64,000 bases of DNA from positions 82,398,001-82,462,000 of the forward strand of contig OX597820.1 of assembly GCA_951406725.2 (NCBI GenBank), read 5' to 3'. Below, in pieces: positions 13,001-26,202 of this stretch. A program made the translations under genes and the position numbers. The stretch is from Octopus vulgaris (lineage: Eukaryota). Position 1 is the first letter of the stretch. Each line of letters starts with the position of its first letter. A model generated the notes under the pieces. It saw nothing but the letters and a program-made list of their open reading frames with translations, searched no databases and had not been told where the DNA came from.

Positions 13001-13062
13001 AGCTTACAGCACCTAGGTTTCCCAAGCAGTCACCCATCTAAGTACTAACTAGGCTCGACGTT

Positions 13063-13093
<31 letters not shown>

Positions 13094-13119
13094 GCTTTCA
13101 ACGTGATGTGGCCGTAAGC
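13001..13119 (-). rRNA. Full-length 5S rRNA sequence (retroposed copy)
   Basis: GCTTACGGCCACATCACGTTGAAAGCAACGGTTCTCGTCCGATCACCGAAGTTAAGC...TTAGTACTTAGATGGGTGACTGCTTGGGAAACCTAGGTGCTGTAAGCT; 119 nt, helix I pairs; followed by (AAAAG)n instead of an oligo-T terminator. Confidence 0.95.
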
Positions 13120-13895
13120 AGGAAGCAAGCTTCTTACCACACACCCATGCCTGGACAAAACAAAAAGCAAATATATAAAACAGCAACAATAACATGTTCC
13201 AAATATAATAAGATGACAGGCTTTTTTTACGAGAGGAGTAAAAGTAATTGAATCAAAGTAACTACAGTCTTGGTATTTAATTCATTGAGCATGAGAAAGT
13301 AGAATGTAAAAATGGCATTTGAGGAATTTGAATTGAAGGCATAATGGGAGAATAATTGCTCTCTCCCGGTACAATTTACCAAATGTTGTATAAGTGGTCG
13401 ATTAAATAGACCTTCACCTCAATTTAATTGTAATTCTTTTATCAATACTAGAAAGATAGAAAGAGATAGCGACCGAATCAGAATTTAATATTTGGACCCT
13501 GGTGGTACGTAACTAAATACTTGTAAGGTAAAACTTTTAATCTGAAGTAAGAAAGGCGATAACATCTAAAGGTGCTCTTGCGGGTTATAACAGTTCGCAG
13601 TGAACAGGAAAAAATCTGATGTTTCAGACAAAGACAAACTTGTTTCATATCTTACGAATCTAAAATGATTGAAGTCAGAAAGCATATTTATGATTTAAAT
13701 ATATTGTAAGAATTTTCCTAGATGTTCTACCGATCTTTTAACCCCACTCGCCGTTATTCTAATAACAGCAATCCATTAATCTAATAACAGTAATCCATTC
13801 TAATAACAGTAACCCATTCATCTTAAACAGCCGTTGATATCATATATTTGCAAAAGTTTGGGCTAGCAGACCACGAATGGCTATCCTGTAGTTGA

Positions 13896-14210
13896 TATCA
13901 TCATCATCATTGTTCGACCGTGGTCGAGACAATGGAATTTACTATGTTACGCCAGACTTCACGGTCCATCATAGCATTACGGAGGTCCTGTTGCTGGATG
14001 CCTGAATCCCTGGAGATTACATCAGGGTAGGAGAGTGTGCACCCTCTGGTATTGCGAGTAGATGGCTTCCAGAGGAGAAGAGTAGAAATTACTTCTTTTT
14101 CAGCTCTACAACAATGTCCAGCAAACTGGAATCTCCTACCTTTCACAAGAGATGACACAGGTGGTAGTTTCCCATATATTTGCATTTTGGTTGGATGGCG
14201 CTTATAACTC
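13896..14210 (-). mobile_element. 5'-truncated RTE-group LINE 3' end
   Basis: IYGKLPPVS..RRFQFAGHC.RA..LLLW..MMDREVWR C-terminus and (TGA)n tail. Confidence 0.82.
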
Positions 14211-14489
14211 ATCTGTAGCTGGGTGTACTGGATACTCATATATACCACAGAATTCTATCAAGCATGCACAACAATGAACGGGCATATGTTTGGTGGCATG
14301 ATCTGAAAAATCTATCTTTTCCCTCATTTAAGACATGATCAATAATGATGGTCTAGACTAATTTCTCCCTCATACTATGTACGATCATATAATTAGTCCT
14401 TTTATTACACATCATTACTAACAATTATCAAGCTTCTAATTTCTCCTTGATATTACACATTAGCGTTTGATAACCAAGCCTTTATATTC

Positions 14490-14920
14490 TATCGTTTACT
14501 TGTTTCAGTTATTAGACTGCGGCCTTGCGGGGCAGCGGATGGGGGACCGCATTGACGGATTTGTAGTCGAATGAATCAACCCAATACTTTTTCTAAGCCT
14601 GTCACTTATTCTGTCAATATCTTTTGCCGACAGTTGTCAAATGAGGGTGAGGCACAAACACACGCACAAATACACGCACACACACACACACGCACACACA
14701 CACACGCACAAATACACGCACACACACACACACACAAACACACACAAACACACGCGCGCGAACACATACACACACAATCGATAGTCTTTCAGTTTCCGCC
14801 TACTAAATCCAAGGCTTTGGTCAGCCAGTGACTATAATAGAAGACACTTGCCCAACGCGCTGAATCTAGACCCAATGTGGTTGGTAAGCAAGCTTTTTAC
14901 AATACAGCCACGCTTGCGCC
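14490..14920 (-). mobile_element. Degenerate CORE-like SINE
   Basis: TTTACTTGTTTCAG..GACTGCGGCC tail and AGAAGACACTTGCCCAA core. Confidence 0.75.
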
Positions 14921-15454
14921 TAATTTACCTTTCAAACGTCAGCAATTATTTTGGTCAAGCCGTTCATTTCTTCCTCATAATTACTCTGTATCATTAATGA
15001 TGCGCAATACGTCAGTTTCCGCATAAATTACACGTATTCAGTAATGATGCTGAAACCTCTAATTTCTTCCTCATTCGCTAAGAATAATCAAAATCTTGAA
15101 TCTCACCTGTATATCACATATCTGTAATGATGATCAAGCTTGTAATTTGTCGTCATATTACCAATGATAATGATGGCCAAATCTCTAATTTTCCCCTCAT
15201 ATGCCCTATCATCATTAAGGACGGTCTCTAATTTCTCCCCCATATCATACATAACCACTAATGATGTCCAAGCTTCTTAATTCCCTCTCTCTTATCACAG
15301 ATCATAAGAAATAATGGTCAACTTTTTAATTTCACATCATTTCAGACATCTTCACTAATGATGTTGAAGCCTCTAAAATCTCCCTCATATCCCTCATCAT
15401 CACTAATGACTACCCAAGCCTATAACTTGTCCTCATATCACACATCATCAGTAA

Positions 15455-15630
15455 TGGTTTCAGATTTTGGTACAAGGACAGCAATTTTGAGGGAAGGCTA
15501 AGTCGATTGCATCGGTCTTAATACTCAACTGGTACTTAATTTATCGACTCCGAAAGGATGAAAGGAAAAAATCGACCTCGGCCGCATTTGAACTCAGAAA
15601 CAACGTGAAGGCGGACGAAATGCACGCTAA
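15455..15630 (-). mobile_element. Meta-domain SINE (alternative 3' tail)
   Basis: GGTACTTAATTTATCGACTCCGAAAGGATGAAAGG..TTTGAACTCAG. Confidence 0.78.
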
Positions 15631-15771
15631 CCATTCACAGTAATCATGGTCAACCATCCAATATCTCTTTCATTGCACGTTATCAGTTAAAGCGGCCAAG
15701 CTTCTAATTTTTACCCTTATTACGCACAGCAACCAGTAACGATGGTCAACCATCTAATTTCTCCCTCATAT

Positions 15772-16050
15772 TACTTAGATAACTTAGATATGTTTCGACC
15801 AAAGATTGGTCCAGGCCATGTCTAACTTAATAGCACCACCTTATAGGATTATTCGAATCCTGTTTAAGTCAAGTTTTGTTCAAGTAGTGAGTTCTTGTTG
15901 GGTGAGTTGGTGGCTTATCTGGTATTCTTTGAAGGAATCTATCCAGACTCCGTTTAAAGTTGATGGGATCCTTTTCCTCTTTGATCTCCTCGGGACAATG
16001 TTAAATAGGCAGGGCCTGTTGAGGAAAAGAAATTATGTTGCAGTGTACAG
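15772..16050 (-). mobile_element. CR1/L2-group LINE 3' end
   Basis: LFNIVPEEIKEEKDPINFKRSLDRFLQRIPDKP; the 3' tail (CCAGGCCATGTCTAACTTAATAGCACC on +) recurs at about 33630-33685. Confidence 0.65.
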
Positions 16051-16127
16051 TGTACATATTACATACTGTCCATGATGATGATGATGATGATGATGAAGCT
16101 TCTTATTTTCTCATTTAATATACACAT

Positions 16128-16281
16128 ACGCAAGCGTGGCTGTGTTGTAAGAAGTTTCCTTTCCAGTGACATAGTTCCGGGTTCATTCCCACTACGTGGT
16201 ATCTATGCTGTAGCCTCGGGCCGGCCAAAGCCTTGTAAGAGGATTTGGCAGAAGGAAACTGAAAGAAGTCCGTCGTATATA

Positions 16282-16327
<46 letters not shown>

Positions 16328-16535
16328 TGAGTGCACGCGTTTGTGTTTGTCTCCACCGCCGCTAGACTATTGGTGTTGGTGTGTTTACGTCCCCGTAATT
16401 TAGCGGTCCGGTAAAAATACCAGGCTTAAAAAAAGAAACTAGGTACTGGGGTCGATTTGTTCGGCTAAAAATTCCCCGAAGCGGTGCTCCAGCATGGCTG
16501 CAGTCTAGTGACTCAAACAAATAAAAGATAAAAGA
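16128..16535 (+). mobile_element. CORE-like SINE
   Basis: Family homology; ends in AAACAAATAAAAGATAAAAG. Confidence 0.82.
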
Positions 16536-17294
16536 TTATCAGTAATAACTGTCGAGCATCCAATTTCTTTCTTTTCCTCAGACACAACCAACCCTTACTC
16601 TACTCTTCCACTTCTTCCTTCCTTTCTAATTTATTAATTCATTATTTTCTGTTATTCGTCTGAAAGGTTAGATTAGGCGAACTTTGACTGAGCAAACTCA
16701 ATTCTTTTAAACGGTGTGGAAACTTTCGAGGTTAATTTGGCTGCTTATTTTAGAAGGTCATGCGACCTCATGGTCACACGACATCTCCGTTGGCATTTTG
16801 CTGCTGTTGTTGTTGTTGTCAATTTGATACCTTTTCCGTATTTGTTTAGTATTTTGTGCATCTTAGCTTGCTGATAATAATTTATTGCTGTCGGTGGTTC
16901 TACAGTTATGTCCTCCTCCTCCTCCTCTATGACTTACACCTTCTTAGAAGTATGACAGCAGACTGGCAGATGTCAGTACTAACGGACAAAGAGATAACTC
17001 TTCATGTCACCTTGTCACGGTCTCGAAAAGTCTAATACGTACGTAGATACATACAAACACGTGAATACATATTCATATACATTAACACACACACACACAC
17101 ACATGCATGTGTTCAATTATTTTCACGTTTGGTACATTTGCTGACATTAATTATACCAGTAGTAAGTTTCGTTGCAGCTGACGAAATAAAGCAATTTGTA
17201 CACCACTGGAATTGAGTTCTTTTCTTCTGTTTGTCATGTGCATGTGTGTGTCTATTTGTGCGCATGCATGCTTATATGTGTGTGTGTGTATTTT

Positions 17295-17493
17295 ATTTAT
17301 TTCAATCACTGGATTGTGCTCATACTGGGGTACCGGTTTAAAGAATTTAGTCGAAGAAATTGAGTCCAATACTTATATTTTAAAGTCTGGCACATTCATT
17401 CGTTCTCTGTTATCGAACCGCTAAGTTAAGAGGACGTAAACAAACCAACAACGATTTTCAAACACAAAATATAAATAAATATATACAAACATC

Positions 17494-17524
<31 letters not shown>

Positions 17525-17668
17525 TGGGTTTCCTCACAGTTTCCGACTACAAAATTTACTTACAAAGCGTTGGTCGACCCGAGTCTATGGAAGAAGACAC
17601 TTGCTCAAGGTGCCGAAACAACGTGGTTGCAAAGTGAGCTTCTTAACCACACAACCATACCTGCGCCT
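17295..17668 (-). mobile_element. Degenerate CORE-like SINE
   Basis: Family homology (AGAAGACACTTGCTCAAGGTGCC, TTAACCACACAACCATACCTGCGCC). Confidence 0.75.
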
Positions 17669-17808
17669 ATGTATGTATGTATGTATGTATGTATGTATGT
17701 ATGTATGTATGTATGTATGTATGCATGCGTGTATGTATGTATGTATGTATGTATGCATGCGTGTATGTATGCATGCGTGTATGTATGCATGCGTGTATGT
17801 ATATGCGT

Positions 17809-17920
17809 CATTATTCAGTTTTATTTCAAGATTTCTTGCCAATGAAGAAAAAGCCAGTTTCTAACATAGATACATGGTTCCTTCATTGGGATTTCAACAC
17901 AAACAACTGGGTATTTTTTT
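17809..17920 (-). mobile_element. 3' terminus of R4/Dong-like LINE inside (TACA)n
   Basis: CATTATTCAGTTTTATTTCAAGATTTCTTGCCAAT.. closely matches 31451 and 55787; (TATG)n on both sides. Confidence 0.75.
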
Positions 17921-18479
17921 ATGCATGTATGTATGTATGTATGTATGTATGTATGTATGTATGTATGTATGTATGTATGTATGCATGTGTGTATGTATGA
18001 CTAGTACTAACTTGACTGCAGGTTTTATGTCGGAATACCTTCTTCTAGGCCTTTCTTCAAAAGGAGGCTGCAAGCCATCAGTGTTAAGTCAATTTGAATT
18101 CAGAATTTTATTCTCCTATACTGGTTGTCTTAATCACGGCTTCGTTTCAAACCAGGAGCCCAATCTACCCCCATCAAATAGTCATGGCTTTGATAGTGCA
18201 GCCAATTAAGGGGACCGCATTACTATGACCTGGTTTTATGTCAGAGTGTCCTTCTAGAAGAGTTGCTTTCAATACCGCTAGCGACCCCCATCTATCCCCT
18301 ACACATAAAAAAGAAAACACGAAAAAGATATCTTGCTTGTCACTGGAATCTACTATTTTGACCAAGAGAGTGGCAAAAGTGTTGTACAAGTGTTTGTCAC
18401 TGCAATCCAATAAAGTACAAATGTCCCCGACAAAACACCATCATCATACGATCATCACTTATCAAAAGTCCTATGGCGA

Positions 18480-19530
18480 TAGAGGCATGGTGACGTATGT
18501 AGATTTGACCGGTTGGAAGCATACAGTAACAAATTTGCATATGGACAGGAACTTTTTCAGTGGAGAATCCTGTGTCTGAGCAGCCCTTTTAAGAACACTG
18601 CTCACCTGGATATAGTGGGAAGGTGCTACAAAAAGTGCACTAAAAACTGTCTGTTCTTTCTCTGCTGGTTAGTTTACTGCGGTTAACGGTGGTTCAATTT
18701 AACAGGAATGAACAAAGAATAGACATAAACAATGGTAACAAATATGCAAGAAATAAGGTTTCTCTTAAACTAGTTTGTTGGAATGTGAGAATCCTTCTAG
18801 ATCGGCAGATAGGCCTGAAAAAAGAACAGCTCTTGTAACAAAGGAGCTAAGGACTATGTTCCCTTGAAGTCAAAAGATGGAAGTCAGGTTATTAAAGATA
18901 CTTCTGGAATAATGAATAGATGGAGAGAACACTTTTCAAATCTTTTCCACAATTCTTCTGTAATAAACCTGGATATCATAAACAACATTCCGCAAAGAGA
19001 GATAGTGCCACGCATGAACGATACACTATCCACCAAAGAAGTAAATCTGGCATTATATAAACTGCGATCAGGTAAAGCTCCTGGATTGGATGGCATTCCA
19101 GTTGAAATTCTTAAAGCAAGTGGGGATCATATTTCATCCGAAATTCATAGCCTAGCAACTCGCGTCTGGAATGAATCTTCTGTGCAACAGTAAAGGATAA
19201 ATGGCATTCTAATCTCTGTATTCAAGGGTAAGGGCCCAAAAGCAGTGTGTGGTAATTCTAGAGTGATAACTCTCCTGGCACATACCGGGAAGATATTTTC
19301 AACGATTATGTTAGATCGTCTCGTTGAGAATGTGTGTCTACATGTGATTCTTGAAGAACAGTATGGTTTCAGACCTGAGCGAGGAACAATGGACATGATA
19401 TTATCTGCGAAGAAGGTTCAGGAGGAATTCTTAGAGAAACAAATGCCTCTATACCAGGTTTTGATAGATTTAACTAAGGTATTTGACACAGTAAACAGGA
19501 AGGTACTGTGAATTGTTATGTGTAAACTTG
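18480..19530 (+). mobile_element. Internally deleted RTE LINE remnant (putative 5'UTR, APE start, RT N-half)
   Basis: KLVCWNVR..RPEKRTALVTKEL joined to RWREHFSNL, GKAPGLDGIPVEILK, ITLLAHTGKIF, QYGFRPERGTMDMI, DLTKVFDTVNR. Confidence 0.88.
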
Positions 19531-19544
19531 ACATATCAGGACAT

Positions 19545-20068
19545 ATAAGAAAACCAGATCTTTCTGTCTCTTTCACCTGCAATCCTAAATGGGAGGAAAT
19601 AAAATCTAACTTTCTAGTGTTGCATCTTCTGTTATTGCAGCTACTCTCCTCAATGGAGGAAGAACTGCTCAGTCCATGTTCAAGCTCCCTCTAAACCTTG
19701 CAATGAAAGAATATCAAATGGGCAACATTTCCCAAAACTCTGCAATAACAAGGGTTCTCGAACAAACTTGTTTGGGATGAGTGTACTGTCACATCTTGGA
19801 GATCCAGAAGTACTTGATCGTACCCCGACCATCAAATACGCTGATGTAAATTGGCTATGTGAAAGAGCTAACGAAATGTTTGATAAACTCAAGCATAACT
19901 AGACACTAAAACTGGGTGCTGCCATTATGTTGGTTAGGCATCTTGACCCATCTCACCTGTGTAATGGAACTAGCTTAATCGTTACTTCTATGAAGCTCCA
20001 TGTCTTACAGGCAACAGTAATAACAAGTAGTCACAAAGGAGAAAATGTCTTTATTCCAAAAATCAAGT
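19545..20068 (+). pseudogene. Helitron RepHel fragments (Rep and PIF1-type helicase motifs)
   Basis: KPDLSVSFTCNPKWEEI; VASSVIAATLLNGGRTAQSMFKLP; VWDEC; LKLGAAIMLVRHLDPSHLCNGTSLIV..GENVFIPKI. Confidence 0.88.
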
Positions 20069-20113
20069 AAATTTTCTCATATAATTCACTTCTAAGATGC
20101 TTTTATAAGAATA

Positions 20114-21635
20114 CTAGCAGAAATACCCGGCGTTGCCCGTGTTACGTACAATTGAACAATTAGACTTTTCTGTTATATTTTCTCTAATGAACTGGAATAT
20201 CTGTTTCGAATTTCATCAAAATTGCAGATGAGGGATATTTCCCTCTTCACAAACCCCCCAAAAAATTGTAATCGTGCCACATATATCCCATACAACTGAT
20301 TTTTATGCGCAGATTCCAAAATTCCAGTCTTATTGAACCTGTTAAAAAGATTTTGCTCCTGAAAAATGAAGGTCATGGAGCTCTAAAATGTGAGAGTTAA
20401 GGCCCCTGTTGGGGGTGGGCATCTTAATGTCAACCAGAGAAGTTGAATTGTTGAGAATCTTTTTAACTTGGGTCTTATATCTATTGTTTGAATTTCTTTG
20501 AAATAGGAAATATATGTTCACTGGGTTTGTAAAAGAGAGCAAAGCTACAGGAAACCAAAAGACGAATGATCACAATAAGCAGTCAGTTACCCTACCCTAG
20601 TCGTTACCACTCCCAATGTAGGATTCCTCACCATCCAGGTGACAGGCACAGCCGTAAGATGCATTACGAATCTATAGCAATTGGAAGGCGTGACCCAACT
20701 GAAATAAACATTAACAACTGTGTGACGTGAGGGCTAAGGAGAAATGAAAGTTGGAGTTTGCAAATGACCACTATACTGATACGTAACTGGACAGAATAAA
20801 TTTACAATCTATAAATGTCTTTGAATAACCAGTCACTCATGGGAAGGCCTTGAAATCAATGTTACCATCTGGGGACTATGTGTGACCGAGTGATAATAAA
20901 AAGACTGAAAGGAGGTCTGCAATCAAATAACTTTACTCAACACTTTGCAACTGAATCAGTGGAGGCAAAGATGCCTCTCATTTACTTGACAATTTATGCA
21001 CCACATTGCAGAAATCACAATCTAAGTGTATGTCAAAGCAAACTCTTACACTCTTTCACCATTGAATTACAAATAATGCTCATCTTCTATGCTCGGATGA
21101 CCCCACAGCTTCCAAGAGTACAACTATTCGTCTTTGCTTAGATAAAATGACAAAATTGTGGGTGTTAAGTCCCCATGAAGGGGTCTTTCTAACTTGTAAG
21201 AAGATGAAATTTTATAAATATTACTTCATTTGTGTCTAATATCTATGGTTAAAATTTCATCAACAGCAAAAATATATGAATTGTCATGGGGGTTGTGGCC
21301 CTTATGCATAGAATATAATTTCCAAATTTCATAAAGATCCATTCCGTACTTTTGACTTAGATTGTATCATAAAAGAAATGACTAAAATTTGGGAGTTAAG
21401 AGATGTTTTTGTTTCACTTTTAACACGTAATACTGAAATAGTGGAGAAGATATGATATTGTTGTGGGCTCGCCCTAGGCAAGAAGTTAGAAGTTGTTTTG
21501 CCCATGACACTATATAAACCCTAAGTAAGGCATGTGTAAAATTCGAATGAAATTGGTTGTGTAGTTCTCAAGTTTTAGGGATTCACACAGACAGACAGAC
21601 ACACATTCTCAGTTTTATATATATATATATATAGA
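20114..21635 (-). mobile_element. Non-autonomous Helitron
   Basis: 5' TCTATATATA..AAAACTGAG then (TCTG)n; 3' CGGGCAACGCCGGGTA hairpin and CTAG; inserted between A and T with no TSD. Confidence 0.85.
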
Positions 21636-22208
21636 TATACTAAACACCAATACTTGACTGGTATACTTTGTTTTATCAACGTTAGAAAAGATGACTTCGG
21701 TGTTGACTTCGGTGGGACTCGAAATCGGAACTGAATATCACAAGACATTTTATCTGATGCTGTAACGATTCAGTTAATTTAATGCCAGCAACATTCGGCA
21801 ACAAAAATACATCTACCACAACAACAAGAGGAACGAAAACAACAGCAGTAACAGCAACAATAACATTAGTTTTATGATTTCTTACAAAGCATCAACGCCG
21901 CCATCACCGCCATCCCAGATAAAGCAATAAAGATTATAATTTAATTTGCATCCACCAATTTACAACTTCCATAGTTTTACATGATATTATGGCCGTCGAT
22001 TCAATATATATTATATATAGAGAAAACCGTTTCAAAAACATATAATATGATAAATGTTGATAAAACACAAATCATGATGTTTAATATAGCATTTTTGTAA
22101 TTCAACAAGAAATGTGGATAAAAATATTATCATTGATAAAAGTCTAAAAACAACAAACTGTGTCGCAACTTTGTATTCAGTTATATGTGCATATATGCGA
22201 GTGATTAT

Positions 22209-22257
<49 letters not shown>

Positions 22258-22406
22258 CGTGTGTATGTATGTGTGTGTGCGTTTATGTATGTATATATGT
22301 ATATACATTAATATAAACATACGGGTATACACATACATATATACACAAGTTTGTATAAATATATTCGTAAATGTATATATATGCATATGTATAAGTATAC
22401 CCCCCA

Positions 22407-22457
<51 letters not shown>

Positions 22458-23285
22458 ACTTACATATATATATATATATATATGTATAACTTACATATAA
22501 TACTTACAGGCATGTATATATGTTCATGTGTATGTAATTGTGTGTGTGAGTGTACGTGTGCGTATGTGCGTAATGTTTCTATTGTACAAATAGTCTAATT
22601 GAATTCGAGTCCTGTAACCTAAGCAGTTTGCATTTGGTTACTGCTGCTCTGTTCTTTATCAGTAAATACCATTTTGTCAATAATTGGCTTGCATGGCGTA
22701 CAATCGAATGCATTAGATGATTGTAACCAGGGAATATCGCCAAAATAGAAAATAACAAATACAATAATTACAACAATAACAACAACAACAACAACAACAA
22801 TAACAAGATGATGAACAACAACAAAAAGGTTTATTTTTAAACATTTCTGAATATGATCAACTTCTACAACAACAACAACAACAACAGCAGCAGTAGCAAC
22901 AACAACAACAACAACAACAACAGCAACAACAACAACAACAAAAAAACGGATATACTTAAGAACCAGCAAGCGGACGAAAGGAAAAGAAATGAAAGGAAAA
23001 AATGAAAGAAAAAATAGAAAAAAACAAAATGTAATGAGTCAAAAAGCAAAATAGAGAAAATAAGAAAAATAACCGAAAATCAAGAAAAAAGAAGAGCAAA
23101 TGCGAATTTCCATGCATCAATCAAAGAATTAGAGAAATGTTGACTGATCTAAGTAATCTAGTTTATTTTTCCTATTCTGGTGTACATTACAGATTGATAT
23201 GTAGAAGCCGTAATGTAGTTTTAGTTTAGCAAGTAGAAATAACTAATGTATATAGATCTACATACATACATACGTACAGGCAGAT

Positions 23286-23370
<85 letters not shown>

Positions 23371-23505
23371 TAGATAAATATGCACACATATTTATGTACA
23401 AATATATACATATATTTACGTGTGTGTATATATATATAATTATATATACATATGCAAGCCCGTATATGTGCACATATATGTGTGCGTATGCATGTCTTTC
23501 CCCGC

Positions 23506-23538
<33 letters not shown>

Positions 23539-23559
23539 GCATGTATATATATATAAAAT

Positions 23560-23826
23560 GGACTCTTCCGTCGTTAGACGACGTATCAGGGTTCGATAAT
23601 TTCTTATCCACACATGATTTGTTTACAGTGATCAAATGTTTGTGTACACATTAGACCACTCCCTCCATCAAATCAACATTATCAATACAGGTGCAACTGG
23701 TGCCACATGTTAGATGACGATTGATCGCAGAGCAACGTGAAATGAAGAGCACAACGCAACGCCCGCTCTGGCAATCGAACCCACGATCTCGCAATCGCAA
23801 GTGCAACATATTAACCACTGAGCCAT
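23560..23826 (-). mobile_element. tRNA-derived SINE
   Basis: TGGCTCAGTGGTTA A-box and GGGTTCGATTGC B-box; body not a tRNA cloverleaf. Confidence 0.65.
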
Positions 23827-23849
23827 GTTTCAGAAATGTAACCACACAC

Positions 23850-24511
<662 letters not shown>

Positions 24512-24651
24512 CAACATACAAATTTCTACACATGAACCCGGAGTTTCTACCCTTGACTTCAACCGTGTTTTCTGACGTGAATTTGCTACCCATGTTTCGG
24601 TTAAACGAATTTTCTATGCTGACAATAAACATAGGATAATTCATTCACCTA

Positions 24652-24723
<72 letters not shown>

Positions 24724-24789
24724 TATATGTTCACAAACAACTACATATGCATATATATTTCATACATACATATATGTATGTACATGAGT

Positions 24790-25950
24790 GTTGTACCGAA
24801 GGTGATGCAAAAGTGGTCATAAATTTTTTGTTAACTATCATAAGGTCGTTCAAACTGCTTATGTTGGTAGAGAAACTATTCTTCTTTACTAACTTCTCTT
24901 TCCTGCTTTTCAAGCAAAAATAACTTTGCTGTCATTAAGTTTCTGCCGAAGGATGAGTGCAACATGTCCGACATCCTCGGAAGACTATATGTTGACATGA
25001 ACAATGTGCACAGATAGATGGAGTTTAAAGAAGAGGAAACCATATTTTAAAGACAAGCCATGCAGCGCGGGGTGGGGGTGGGGGGACCTTCGACTGCGAC
25101 CACTGACACAAATCGCAAGTGAGTGGATGCAGCAAGTGTGTCTCAGTCTGTGAGTTGTTGCACAACTGTATTTCAGATAATGGGAAAAGCCTCAAATTGT
25201 CAGAAAGTGTGTGCAAAGTAGGTACCTTGGTTTGGCGGAGAGACTGGTGGACGTCTGCTCTGATATTCTGGAAGCTTTTGAGGCCAATAAAAATGCATTG
25301 CTTTTTATACTGATCTGGCGACAGAGGACGAAACGTGGTCCCATATTTATAAAGCGGAAACTAAGGCTCTGGCCATGGCAAGGCGTCACATATCTTTTCC
25401 ATGGACTAAAACGTTTGAGAGTCTCCTAACAGCACAGAAAGCCATGATGATTGTTCTTTGGAATAGCAAGAGTTCCGTTTCCTTGATTTTTGAGGAACGT
25501 GGCTATATCGTGAACTTCAAGTAGTACACTGAAACAATTAAAATCCTAAAGACGCTTTCAGAAGGCAAGAACCAAGTAAGATTCTGATAATACACATTAA
25601 CTATGACAATGTGTGACCGCACACATCTCTGACAAAGCAAGCAATTGGCAAATTAGGTTGGACAATTATCCCTAAGCCATCATAAAGCTATTTGTTTGGC
25701 CCAACGAAAGACAGTCTTCGAGCATTTGATGACCATATGGTGAAAATGATTTTGAAGGAGTGGGTACAAGAGTACTCACTTGGATTTTTTCAAAGGAGAT
25801 TTGGAAGTTGATCTCAGCGATGACGTAAGTAGAATAACAGTAATGAAAACCATGTTGAGTAGCACCTTCGTAAAGAGAAAAAGGTTGTGAAATTTGAATG
25901 ACCTATGTCAGTTAATAAAAAAGTTATGCTTACTTATTTCAGCAGTTTCG
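24790..25950 (+). mobile_element. Decayed mariner transposon
   Basis: AVIKFL.., KAMMIVLWNS, YTETIKIL, YDNV-stop-PHT (HDNARPH-like), LGWTIIP, YLFGP motifs with stops and frameshifts; weak terminal inverted similarity. Confidence 0.75.
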
Positions 25951-26087
25951 TTTGAAACTAAATACATACGTACATAAATACCTAGAAACATACATACATA
26001 CATACACACACATATACACATATATACTCACACATATACGTATATATTTATGCATATTTCATTCATATACTTATATATATATACATG

Positions 26088-26202
26088 GGATCCGGACAAA
26101 AGCCCCCTAGGACAAAACCCCACGGACAAAAGCCCCTCGAAAAAAAAACCCAATGGTTAAAGTGTGAAAGTGGACAGAAGCCCCTCGGACAAAGGCCCTA
26201 CG
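26088..26202 (+). repeat. GGACAAAAGCCCC-type short tandem repeats (probable DNA-transposon/MITE subterminal array)
   Basis: Five GGACA(A/G)AAGCCCC-like units, mostly at about 15-nt spacing. Confidence 0.55.

Larger units (their letters stand above)
12348..13153 (-). mobile_element. CORE-like SINE interrupted by a 5S rRNA-Meta-SINE insertion
   Basis: SINE sequence ends at ...AGGAAGCAAGCTTCTTA (12714) and resumes after the duplicated motif (13120-13136) with CCACACACCCATGCCTG. Confidence 0.88.
14300..15775 (+). repeat. Degenerate 48-bp tandem array (approx. ACTAATGATGGTCAAGCTTCTAATTTCTCCCTCATATCACACATCATC)
   Basis: Repeated TAATGATG..AAGC..CTAATT..CCTCAT units, interrupted by SINEs at about 14490-14920 and 15455-15630. 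Confidence 0.75.

Noticed and set aside
13001-13119. Functional 5S rDNA locus
   Set aside because: Single copy, no oligo-T terminator, A-rich linker and TSD, which point to retroposition.
14300-15775. Regularly spaced repeats as a possible CRISPR array
   Set aside because: Units are contiguous and degenerate with no unique spacers; no cas genes; eukaryotic context.
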